Shown here piece after piece: positions 52,471 to 64,000 of a DNA stretch of 64,000 bases; position 1 is the stretch's first letter, and each line of letters starts with the position of its first letter. The notes beneath the pieces are model-generated. The model saw only the letters and a program-made list of their open reading frames with translations, was not told where the DNA came from and searched no databases. This DNA comes from Mobula hypostoma (lineage: Eukaryota): NCBI RefSeq assembly GCF_963921235.1, contig NC_086097.1:114392001-114456000 (forward strand), read 5' to 3'. The position numbers were made by a program, and so were the translations under genes.

Positions 52471-54123
52471 CTCCTACCTGCATAGGTTTCCAATTCCGGC
52501 ACCCACCAGTCTGGGAGATCACCAGCCCCCGTTCGCAGGGCCCGCTGATCTCAGTCATTGACCTCAGGGATTGCTAGTCTTAGACCAGACCACTTTCTGA
52601 CCCAACGTCCATCCACGGGGATCACTGGGCTTCATCTGCATTCTGTGTGTGTCGCTCTAGATTTCCAGTATCTGCAGAATCTCTTGTGTTTATTACCTAC
52701 AGAAGCTGCTGGTATGGCAGATGATCGCAAAAGGTTTTCCAGAGAACCAAAGCATGAATGTGGATTTTTAGTGAAATATTCATCCAATTTGCTACATTTA
52801 ATGGATAATACTTTCCTTAATTTGGTAGCCCATAGATTTATACACTTTGTAATTTCTGTTCAAATCTAGCTTTTCCTATAATTGGGGGACACTTAGAAAT
52901 CTTTTGAAGAATGAGGAAGTTATTAGAATAAGACATGGTACTCTGGGCTCTATAAATAAAGGTGCAGTGTACAAGGGGAAGGTGATTGTGAAAAATTGGT
53001 TCTGACATAACTAAGGAATCCTGTCAAATTTTATCGATTGCTTTATTGGAAGGATATGAAGTCTTTCGACAGTTTGCAGAATTGACAGTTTGTTCCTACA
53101 GGCAAAACTTCAGTCATATAAATGGTCTGGAGAAATTTGAATCCATCCCCCGCCCCCAAAAAAAAGAGGGCTGAAAGTGAATGTTCTCACCAAGGTTGCT
53201 GAATCAAAAACTAAAGGGAGGTGAGAGGGAAGAGATTTAATAGGGTCCCAAGGGGCAACATTTTCACCCAAAGGGTGGCCAGTATATGCAATGAACTGCC
53301 AGAGAAAGTGGTTGAGACAGATACATTAGCAACATTAAAAATTAGAGCAGGGATTCCCAACCTTTATGCCATATACCCCTACCATTAACCAAGTGGTCCG
53401 TGGTCCCCAGATTGGGAACTACTAGTTCAGAGAAATGTAGGCCCAAGCTGGGCAAATGGTTCTAGCTCAAGAAGGAATCTTGGTCAGCAGAGACCAGTTG
53501 AGCTGAAGGACCTGCATCAGAGCTGACTCCACATTAGGGGAGTTCAAAATCACGGAACACCTAATCAGATTTAAAACAATGGATAGTTTTCATGAGTGGA
53601 AGGTTCGAGAATCAGAGGATCTAAATTTGAAATGATTGGCAAAGGGGGTGAGGTATTTACAGCCAGTGAGGGGGCATGGTTTAAAATTCAATGCCTAGAA
53701 ATTGAATGGAAGCAGATTCAATCACTCCTTTTGAAAGGGAATTGAATGGACACTTGAAGAAACAAACATTGTAGGGCACTGCGAAAGATCTGGGAGTAGA
53801 CAGACTAGATTTCTCTTGAAGGGAATCAGTGCAGGTCTGATGGGCCAAATGCCCTCTTTTCTTGTTGTATCGATTCCACCATACTGCACTGTTATGATTT
53901 GAGTCCAATGTAATTGTCAAACCAATTAGGGTGAAAGCTCCTTCATATATTTAATGATCTATATAATGTGAAAGACGACTGTGAAAGTGGCTGGAATCCA
54001 GATGCCTAAGTGAAGGAATGTTTGTCAATAAATGTACTCTTGTAAGGCAATTGTTAATCAGATTCGATATTTTCGTTGTGTTGGTATTATGTTGCTTTTT
54101 AGTACATTGCATTTATGTGGCTC

Positions 54124-55439
54124 GGGACTTTTGGATCGGGACTACAGAGCAGCGTGGGAGCTGAATTCTGAAGGAAGACAGTTTTTTTTAAAAAACTTCT
54201 TCGAGTGCAAGAAGGACGAGACTGCGCAGGCGCGTGATGTATCAGGACAGCGCGGAGAGTTTAAAAAGGAGATTACCCTATACAGTAGGCAGCTGCCGGT
54301 GCGGGCAGCAGTGTGAGCGGTAGCAGAGTGTAGGGCTTTGGCTTCAACGGGCTTCGGCAGTAAACAGGAAGCGGCAAGAGTGAAGCGCCAACTCTTCTCT
54401 TCCCCCTTGGCGAATCGGCCCGGACGGACAGGAACAGCAGGGCTCACTCAGCTAACGGTACGGGCTAATGATTTTAAAAATTCATCTGTTTGGAGAGGTA
54501 AGTGGGTGAGTAGACTTATTTTTCCTGTTTCATTCCTGTAGAATTAGATAGCATGCCTGCAGGGTTATTTCTTTGTTCAGGGTGTCAGATGTGGGAATCC
54601 TGCGAGACCTCCAGCCTCCCTGGTGGCCACATCTGTGCTAGGTGCACTGAGATGCGGCACCTCAGAGTCCGGGCAGACGATTATTTAAATGGGGAGAGAA
54701 TTCAAAGTTCTGAGATGCAACAGGACTTGGGAGTCCTCATGCAGGATACCCTTAAGGTTAACCTCCAGGTTGAGTCAGTAGTGAAGAAGGCGAATGCCAT
54801 GTTGGCATTCATTTCTAGAGGAATAGAGTATAGGAGTAGGGATGTGATGTTGAGGCTCTATAAGGCGCTGGTGAGACCTCACTTGGAATACTGTGGGCAG
54901 TTTTGGTCTCCTTATTTAAGAAAGGATGTGCTGATGTTGGAGAGGGTACAGAGAAGATTCACTAGAATGATTCTGGGAATGAGAGGGTTAACATATGAGG
55001 AACGTTTGTCCGCTCTTTGTCTGTATTCTTTGGAGTTTAGAAGAATGAGGGGAGCCCTCATAGAAACATTTCGAATGTTGAAAGGCATGGACACAGTGGA
55101 TGTGACAAAGTTGTTTCCCATGATGGGGAAGTCTAGTACAAGAGGGCATGACTTAAGGATTGAAGGGTGCCCATTCAGAACGGAAACGTGAAGAAATTTT
55201 CTTAGTCAGAGGGTGGTGAATCCATGGAATTTGTTGCCACGGGTAGCAGTGGAGGCCAAGTCATTGGGTGTATTTAAGGCAGAAATTGATAGGTATCTGA
55301 GTAGCCAGGGCATCAAAGGTTATGGTGAGAAGGCGGGGGAGTGGGACTAAATGGGGGAATGGATCAGCTCATGATAAAATGGCGGAGCAGACTCGATGGG
55401 CCGAATGGCCGACTTCTGTTCCTTTGTCTTATGGTCTTA
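54124..55439 (+). mobile_element. Internally deleted CR1 element with both ends retained
   Basis: 5' UTR and ORF1-like CSGCQMWE..HICARC fused in frame to the RT C-terminus (ORF 54553-55191); CR1 tail; TSD tggctc at 54118-54123 and 55440-55445. Confidence 0.8.
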
Positions 55440-57179
55440 TGGCTCAATGATTTAACTGGTTTCTTAGTGTTGGCAACAAATTGATAATTGAGCTTTTATT
55501 TCCCCTGGATGTTTTTCAGACTGTTAACTTCTATGGAAGTAAACTGGATGATTTTCCTCATGTCTTCATATTTAAACCTGCAGTTCTTTTTAGCTCCACT
55601 ATGATTTAATCCAAAAATATCTACAATGTGCGCGCAATAGTTTACTCTACAAATGTCTTTGAACGTAATCTGGAAGTACACTATTTAAAAGATAGTTAGC
55701 ATTTGTCTGTTAATAGAGAGAGAACTGACTAAATCGAACCATATGGGCATGCTATGCCTTGTATTCTGAGGCTATGCCCTCTGGTCCTAGACTCTCTGCA
55801 CATTAGTGAACATCCTTTCGACGTCACTCTATCTCGGCCTTTCAATATTCAGTAGGTTTCAATGAGCTTCTCCCTCATTCGGAACACCAGCGAGTTCAGG
55901 CCTAGAGCCATCGAAGCCTTGTGCACTATATTCACTGATGACACGTCATGCAAACACTGAAAGCCATGGTGTCATAAGAAATGTGACAAAGTAGAAAACG
56001 ACATGCTGACACGATCGGACTAGTGCCCAGACTCTAATAAAGACAGCCTCTATCACCTGATAGAGTCTGCGTCATGATATACAATCTCACAGTCATGAAG
56101 GGACTTGCTGAGGAATTAGAGTATGAGGTTGAGGAAATAAGAAAAGAGGAGACAGGCAAGATGCATTCAGACTTGATGAAGTGCTTTGACCTGAAACATC
56201 GACTGTTTATTCCTCTCCACAGAAGCTGGAGCTACAGCTCCAATTTCCCAACCATCTGATTCCAAATCAGGAGTATTGTCACTGACATTACTTGTGATAT
56301 TAGTTGTTCGGTGGCAGCAATACAGTGCAGGCATAGCAAACTGCTATAAGTTATAATTTAAGTAATTAAACACCTTGAGGTGTGCCAGTGTAGATTGTCA
56401 GTGTGGAGATGTTATTTCTATTTCTCATTTGCTGACATTAATAAGGATCCTCCTAGTTTCAGCTGATTTAGTTGTATTTACAAACAGAAAGCTTGCTTCA
56501 ATAAAGTTAAAAAACAATTAAAATCATTGTGAAGCCGGGAAGAAGAAATAACTGGAATGGTGGAAGGGATATCTGCATCAGAGTGAAACAAAATAAACAT
56601 TTTAAAATGAAAAATAACTATTAGGAAAATTGAATGTAAAATTTATGTCAATACATTCAATAGCAATCAATTTAAATTCAAATCCACAGTTCAGTATCAG
56701 AAGCATGGTTAACCATATCAATTATAATTATAAGACTACCATTTTTTGTGGCAGATCATTCCATATAAGCACTATGCTCTTTGTGAAAAAAAGTTTCCTC
56801 TCAGGTCCCTTTTAAATATCTTCCTTCTCACCTTAAACTTATGCCCTCTTTTTTAGACTCCTCTCCACTGGAGAAATTTTAGTTATTTATATTATATACT
56901 GTATGCCCCTCATGATTTTATAAACCTTTATAAGGTCATCCCCCAGCCTTCTACTCTCTAGAAAAACAGTTCTAGCCTATTGAGACTCTCCTTACAACCC
57001 AAGCCCTATTGTTCCACAATATCCTTGTAAAACTTTTTTGCACTCTCTTCAATGTAATGACTTCATCCCTAGAGCAGGGTGACCAGAACTGCTCTCAGTA
57101 TCTTGGTATGGTATCTAGATGTTTATTGTCATCCAACAGTACACATTTATATTGCTAAATGAAACAATGGACTGAAAAA

Positions 57180-59260
57180 GAGAACTTAATGCAGACAGGT
57201 TTGAGATGTTGCACTTTGGGAGGACCAACCAGGGTAGGTCTTACTGGTAAAGCACTGAGGAGTGCGATGGAACAGAGGGATCTGGGAATACGCATCCATA
57301 ATTCCTTGAAGGTGGTGTCACAGGTAGATAGGGTCGTAAAGAAAACTTTTGGCACATTGGCCTTCATGAATCAAATTACTGAACACAGGAGTTGGGATGT
57401 TATGTTGAAGGCGTTTAAGACATTGGTGAGGCCTGATTTGGAGTACTGTGTGCATTTTGATCGCTTACCTACAGGAAATATATCAATATGTTTGAAAGAG
57501 TAGAGAGGTATTTTACAAGGGTGTTGACGGGTCTTGAGGACCTGAGTTATAGGGAAAGATTGAATAGGCTAGGACTTTATTCCCTGGAGTGTAGGAGAAC
57601 AAGGAGACATTTGATATATAGATAGATGGATACTTCATTGATCCCAAAGGAAATTACAAAGTCACAGTAGCATTACAAGTACATATAAAAATATTAGAAG
57701 AGAAGTAAGAAAGAATAAAAAATAACTTACCTCGAACAGTCTAACAGGAGAGGGTCATTACTTCCCCGTCTATAGGTTGACTCATCGTAGAGCCTAATGG
57801 CCGAAGGTAAGAGTGACCTCATATAGCGCTCTTTGGAGCAGTGCAGTTGTCTTAGTCTATGACTAAAACTGTTCAGCCAACGTGGCATGCAAAGGGTGGG
57901 AAACATTGTCCAGAATTGCCAGGATTATCCGTAGGGTCCTTTGTTCTACCACAGGCTCCAGTGTGTCCAGTTTGACTCCTATAATAGAACTAGCCTTTCT
58001 GATCAGTTTATTGAGCCTGTTGATATCACCCATGTTAATACCATTGCCCCAGCACACCACCACATAGGAGATTGTACTGGCAACAGCAGACAGGTAGAAC
58101 ATGTGAAGGAAAGGCTTGCATACTCCAAATGACCTCAGTCTTCTCAGAAAGTAGAGGCAACTCTGACCCTTCTTGTACACAGCTTCTGTGTGGGTGCTCC
58201 ATTCAAGTCTGTCAGTCAGGTGCACTCCCAGGTCCTTTCCGCATCAACATCCTCACTGCCAATAGTAACGAGGAGCAGTGCAGAATTGGTCTTCCTGAAG
58301 TTCATCACTATCTCCTTTGTCTTACTGATGTTGAGCTGCTGATGATTCAGTTTGCACCATTTGACAAAGTCCTCCACCAGGGCCCTGTATTCATCTTCCC
58401 GTCCTCCCTTTATATACCCAACTATTGCTGAGTCATCAGAGAATTTCTGCGGATAACATGATTCAGTGTTGTATCTAAAGACTGAGGTATACAGGGTAAA
58501 CAGGAAGGGAGCCAATACAGTCCCCTGTGGGGCCCCACTGTGGTCTGCCAGTCAGGTAGTCCATTATCCAGGATACAACGCAAGTGCCAACCTGCATTAA
58601 ACAGAGCATTCCCCCCCCACCCCCAGAACTGAGGGCTGTATGGTTTTGAAGAAATCAAAAAACATGACCCTCACAGTGCTGCCCTGCTTATCCAAATGGG
58701 AGTCGGCTCAGTTCAGCAGGAAGATGACAGCATCGCCAACTCCAATGTGCTCCTGGTAGGCAACTGCTGTGGACCAAGAACTGATCTGACCAGGGGTTGG
58801 AGGTGAGCCAGGACCGGCGTCTTCAGGGACTTCATGATGTGTGAAATCAGTGCCACTTGATGGCAGTCATTCAAGACTATTGGTTGCATGCAAGGTTATA
58901 CAAAGAGACATACAAATTTATCAGGCTAATCAGTAGGGTAAATGCAGGCCAGCTTTTTCCACTGAGGTTGGGTGAGTCTAGAACTAGAGGTCATATGTTA
59001 AGGGTGAAATGTGAAATATTTGAGGGGAATATGAGGGGGAACTTGTTCACTCAGAGGGCAGTGAGAGCGTGGAATGATTTGCCAGCGGAAGTGATGGATG
59101 CAGGTTCAACTGCAACATTTAAAAAGAAATTTGAATGTACATGGATAGGAGGATTAATGAGGGCTCTGGTCTGGTCACAGATTGATGTGACCAGTCAGAA
59201 TCATAATTCAGCAGGGAATAGATGAGCCAAAAGACATGTTGTTGTACTCTATGACTCTAT
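57180..59260. mobile_element. CR1 (plus) interrupted by a Rex1-like LINE (minus, ~57615-58880)
   Basis: CR1 LVRPDLEYCV resumes at SRTRGH after the insert; the insert has QKFSDDSAIVG and LYFLRRLRSF. Confidence 0.8.
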
Positions 59261-59999
59261 GTCTGTCCAGTTGCATCACAACTGCTCTGTGCAAGAGTAG
59301 ATGCATCTCAGCACATCTCAAAGCGCAGTCTCTTCCATAGACTCTGCCTACGCTTTTTGCTGCCTTTGGAAAGCAGCCCCCTCTCATGTTGAGCATTCTC
59401 TCTTCTCTCACCTTCCATCAGCCTGGCGTGGAACAGCTTGAAAACACAGACCACCAGGCTCAAGGATAGATCCTGTCCCACTGTTATAAGAACCTTGAAC
59501 AGACCTCTTGTATCTTAATGATAAATTCTTGACTTCACAATTTACTGCGTCATGCCCTCATACCTTATTATCCATCAGCACTGCATGTTCTCTGTGATTG
59601 TGATAATAATACCATATTCTGCATTATGTTAAGTTTTCCCTTGAGCTTCTTCAATGTACTTATGTTTTGAAATTATTTGTATGGATGGCAAGCAAAACTA
59701 AGTTTTTTAAACTTACCTTGGCACCTGTGACAATATCAAACCAATTTTAATTCCAAGCGGAATATTGAGAGTTAGTAAACCGGTACTTGAATGACTCCTT
59801 TGGTTTCAACCATTTACTGCCATATATCTCTCACGAGCCAAGGTACTTAAAAAACAGGGTTGCCCATTGGACCCCAGTTTAGCAAAATGGATTTCCTATT
59901 GGGGATTATTGCTGAGCTGGAAGAGTTTAAAGTGCATAAAGTAAAAAAAAAGGCCCTTGATGATTGAAGAGGAGTGAATAGAGAATATAGATATCTTGG

Positions 60000-62900
60000 A
60001 CAGAAGCATCTAAATTTTTCAAATTAAAATGCAGCATGTAAGACGGAAAACCTTTACAAAGTTTCCAATCGTCTTTGTTGACAGAGATGAAGAAACACAA
60101 AGGTAACAATACTTTGGTGAGAGTTATGTACAGACCTGCAAATAGTAGTCAGGATGTCAGGATGTGGTGTACAAAATACACCAGGAGATAGAAAATGTTA
60201 CAATGATCATGGATGACTTTAATATGCAGGTAAACTGGGAAAATTAGGTTGGAAGTGGATCTCAAGAAAAGGAATTTGTAGAGTGCCTACAAGATGTATT
60301 TTTTTAGAGCAGCTTGTGGTAGAGCCACCATGAACAGGTCATTTTAAAATTTGGTATTGTGCAATGAGGCGGACTTAATCAAGGAGCTTAAGGTCAAGGA
60401 ACCCTTAGGAAGTGGTGACTATAATATGATAGAATTCACCATGCAGTTTGAGAGAGGGAAGCTGATGTGATGGTATTAGAGTTGAGTAAAGGTAACTACA
60501 GAGGAGTGGGGGAGAAGCTAGCCGAAGAAGAGTAGTGTGAGCTTTCTTAATGACTATCATCCAGTAGCACTCACATCTACTGTCATGAAGTGCTTTGAGA
60601 GGTCGGTTATGGTTAGAATCAACTTCTAACTCAGCAAGGACCTAGACCCACTGCAATTTGCCTATCACCACAATAAATCTACAACAAACACAATCTCATT
60701 GGCAATCCATGTGATCTTGGATCACCTGCACAGTATAAATAACTATGTCAGGATGTTCTTCATTGACTACAGCTCAGCGTTTAACACCATCATTTCTACA
60801 GTTCTGACCAGAAATCTCCAGAAACTGAGCTTCTGTACCAACTTGTGCAACTGGATCCTCGATTCCCTAACTGGAAAATCACAATCTGTGTGGAATGGAA
60901 ATAACATCTCCACCTTGCTGACAATGACCTCTGGCGCACCTCAGGGCATGTGCTTAGCCCACTGCTCTACTCTCTGCACCCATGACTGTGCGGCTAGGCA
61001 CAGCTCAAGCACCACCTATAAATTTGCTGACGATACAACATCGTTCACAGAATCTCAGACAGTGCCAAGAGGGCGTACAGGAGAAAGATATACCAGCTAG
61101 TTGAGTGGGGTTGCAGTAACAACCTTGCACTCAACATCAGTAAAACCAAATAACTGTTGGTGGACTTCAGAAAGGGTAAGACAAGGGTACACACACCAGT
61201 TCTCATGGAAGGATCAGAAGTGGAAAGAGTGAGCAAGTTCAAGTTCCTGGGTGTCAATATTTCTGAGGACCTAACCTGCACCCAACATATTGACACAGCT
61301 ATAAAGTGGTTATATATATCATTAGAAGTTTGAGGAGTTTTGGTATGTCACCTAAAAGCACTCACAAATTTCTTCAGATATACCATAGAGAGCATTCGAA
61401 ATGGCTGCATCACCACCTGGTATGTTTTGGTGGAGAGGGGGTGGGGTGGATACTAAGCTGCAGGGAGATGTAAAATTACTCAGCCCCTTCATGGGCACTA
61501 GCCCCCATAATATCCAGGACATCTTCAACGAGCGATGTCTCAAAAAGGTGGTGTCCATCATTAAGGACCCCAATTACCCAGGGCACACCCTCTTCTCACT
61601 GCTACTATCAGAAAGGAGGTACAGAAGCCTGAAGACACACATTCAATGATACAAGAACAGCTTCTTCCCCCCTCTGCCCGATTTATGAATGGTCATTGAA
61701 CCCATAAACACTACCTGACTACTATTTTTTTGCACTACTTATTTAATTTAACTATTTAATATTTTTATACTTAATGTAGTTCACAGTTTATTTTTCTCTA
61801 TTATTTTGTATTTCATTGTATTGCTGTCGTAAAGACAACAAATTTCGCGAAATATGTCCGTGATATTAAACTTGATTCGAGTTTCATCGGAAGGGGATCC
61901 TAGCACCGAAGACGGTGGAGCAGAACTGCAGGAACTACAGGGGGCAATTTGGGAAAGACAGTTGAATTTTATCTCAAGGATTATGAAACAAACTAAAGGG
62001 AGAATGAGGCAACCATGTCTGACGGGGAACATTAAAGAGAACATAACTGGTAAAAAGGGATAAAATTTGGCAAAGACGCTTTTATGTTTTTCTCCCAGAT
62101 GAGCTTAACGCCTTTTATGTTTGCTTTGATTGACAAATGTTGAGGCATCTTCACAATCTCCCACAGGCCCCGACGACCCTGTGATTTCAGTCTGGCATTA
62201 TGAACATTCCTTCAGGAGGGTGAACTCCTTGAATGTATTTGGCCAAGACAGAGTACCTGGCCAAGTATTGAAGACCTGTGCTAATTGAATAGCTGGAGTG
62301 TTCATTGACATCTTTAACCTCTCATTTCGGCAGTTTGAGGTACCCCACTGTTTCAAGCCGGCTTCAATTATAGTGGTGCCCAAGAGGAATGTAGTAATCT
62401 TCATCAATGTCTATAATCCAGTAGCACTTACATCCGCTGTGATGAAGTGCTTTGAGATGCTGGTGATGAAATATATCAACTTCTACCTGGATTGGATCCA
62501 CTCCAATTTGCCTATCATCACATCAGGTCAATGGCAAATGCCATTTCATTGGCTCTTCACTCATTCCTAGAACATCTGGACAGTGAAGATGCATACATCA
62601 GGACGCTCATTATTGACCACAGCTCTGTATTCAACAGTATTATCCCCTCAGAAATAACTATTAAGCACCTAGACTTAGGTTCAATACCTTCTTGTGCAAT
62701 TAGATCCTCGATTTCCTTAAATGCAGACCCCAATCAGTTCGGATCGGCAACAACATCTCCTCCACAATTTCCATCAGCACAGAATCACCTCAAGACTGTG
62801 TGCTTAGCCCCTGCTCTACTCACTTCGCACTTATGACTGTGAGGCTAAAGACAGTTCCAGTCTCAATCTCAAGTTTGCTGATGCTGCCACTATCGCAGGC

Positions 62901-63460
62901 TGAATCAAAGGTGCTGATGAATCAGCATATAGGGAGGGAGGCTGGAAATCTGGCTGAATAGTGCCACAACAATAAACTCTCACTCAACATTTACAAAACC
63001 AAAGAGTTGATTTTTTGATGATTGAAGTAAGAAACCAGAGGTCCATAAGTCAGTCCTCATCAGGGGTTCAGAGGTGGGCAGCATCAGCAAATTTAATTCC
63101 TCAGCGTTATCATTTCACAGGACCTGTCCTGGGTCCAGCATGTAAGTGCCATTACAAAGAAGGCACGGAAACACCAATGCCCTTGGATGGAAAAGCCTAT
63201 AAAAAGAAATGGATACAGCCCAGTCATCACAGGTAAAACTCTCCCCATCACTGAGCACATCTACAAGGAGTGCTGCCGAAAGAAAGCAGTGTTGATCATC
63301 TAGGACTCCCACTGTCCAGACCGTGCTCTTTTCTTGCTGCTGCCATCAGGAGGGAGATACCAGAGCCTTAGATCCCACATCACCGGGATGAGGAACAAAT
63401 ATTACCATTCAACCATCAGACTCTTGAACCAGAGGAGATAACTTCACTTACATCAGCACT
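60000..63460 (+). mobile_element. Interleaved CR1 and Rex1-like LINE fragments
   Basis: CR1 endonuclease remnants at ~60050-60520; Rex1 [19 protein letters not shown] (60699-61100) and PVALTSAVMKCFE (62298). Confidence 0.8.
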
Positions 63461-64000
63461 GTGTCACAGTCCGGTCCGTGAAGTCCACATTCCGGTTCAC
63501 GGTCTGGTCCATTTGATTTGGTACTCCAGTTATTCCGTTTTTCCCTTGTTCCGTTTGGTCCCTTAATTGAGGCACCTGATTCTTGTTTTGGGCTGGCAAC
63601 GTAAATAGCTCTGGGGTCCAGTGATTCCTTGCAGGACCATCCTCATCAGTAACCTCATCAGCAACCTCGTCAGAATCCCCATCAAGTTAACTTGCCAGAG
63701 TGAGACTAGAGCAGCTGCCTGTAGTTCCTGAGCCGCATTGAGGGCTTGCCGCTACTTGGAGTCTTTTCGTGTCAAGATAAAGAACAGTCTATCATTGTGT
63801 GGTTTTGTCTCCCCGTGTTCTCTCCTCCGCTGTGTAGGTCTGGCTGTTTGCCGCTACCCTGAGGGGGAATGGTCTCAGTGTTCTGTGCCCTGTGTCTAAG
63901 AAGAGTCCCGGCTCTATGTCCTGTGTCCAAGGAGGAGCCCTGGCTCAGTGTTCTGTGTCCTGTGTCTAAGTCAAGCCTGAGCATAGTCCAAGTTGAGAGT
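63461..64000 (+). mobile_element. LTR-like element start
   Basis: Begins tgtcacagtccggtccgtgaagtcc, related to the element ending at ~33285. Confidence 0.55.

Larger units (their letters stand above)
52690..59960 (-). pseudogene. Endogenous influenza-like RdRp PB1, six colinear pieces separated by TEs
   Basis: 59960-59750 (LPAQQ..FC*TG, SKW); 56735-56410 (IIDM, PG, FNFIE, KL..S..NEK); 56170-55921 (FLSK, motif B remnant); 55750-55441 (WFDLVSS, GLNHS, QFTS, LPT); 54120-53900 (VLKSNII, IALQEYI); 52910-52690 (KCSKLDEYF). Confidence 0.82.

Overview
This is repeat-dense vertebrate DNA. The CR1, Rex1, L1, Penelope, Gypsy, hAT and V-SINE-like repeat content points to a cartilaginous fish (inference). 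One host gene is recognisable: two coding exons (13570-13465 and 8013-7869, minus strand) of an uncharacterised membrane protein carrying the TPAGWTFSIWGIIY motif. The main result lies in the non-repeat islands between transposons from about 17.6 to 60 kb. Translated by hand through stops and frameshifts, they give colinear fossil matches to influenza-virus proteins. On the minus strand the order is PB1, M1, PA, weak NP remnants, near full-length PB2, then part of HA. On the plus strand, converging on HA, are an NA C-terminus and NS1. AGCAAAAGC-like segment-terminal motifs sit in front of PB2 and PA. This looks like an ancient, transposon-fragmented, multi-segment endogenous influenza-like genome, possibly with all eight segments represented. 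All alignments were made by eye against influenza A sequences recalled from memory and need confirmation by tBLASTn/HMM. PB2, PB1, PA and M1 are well supported; HA, NS and NA are moderate; NP is weak.
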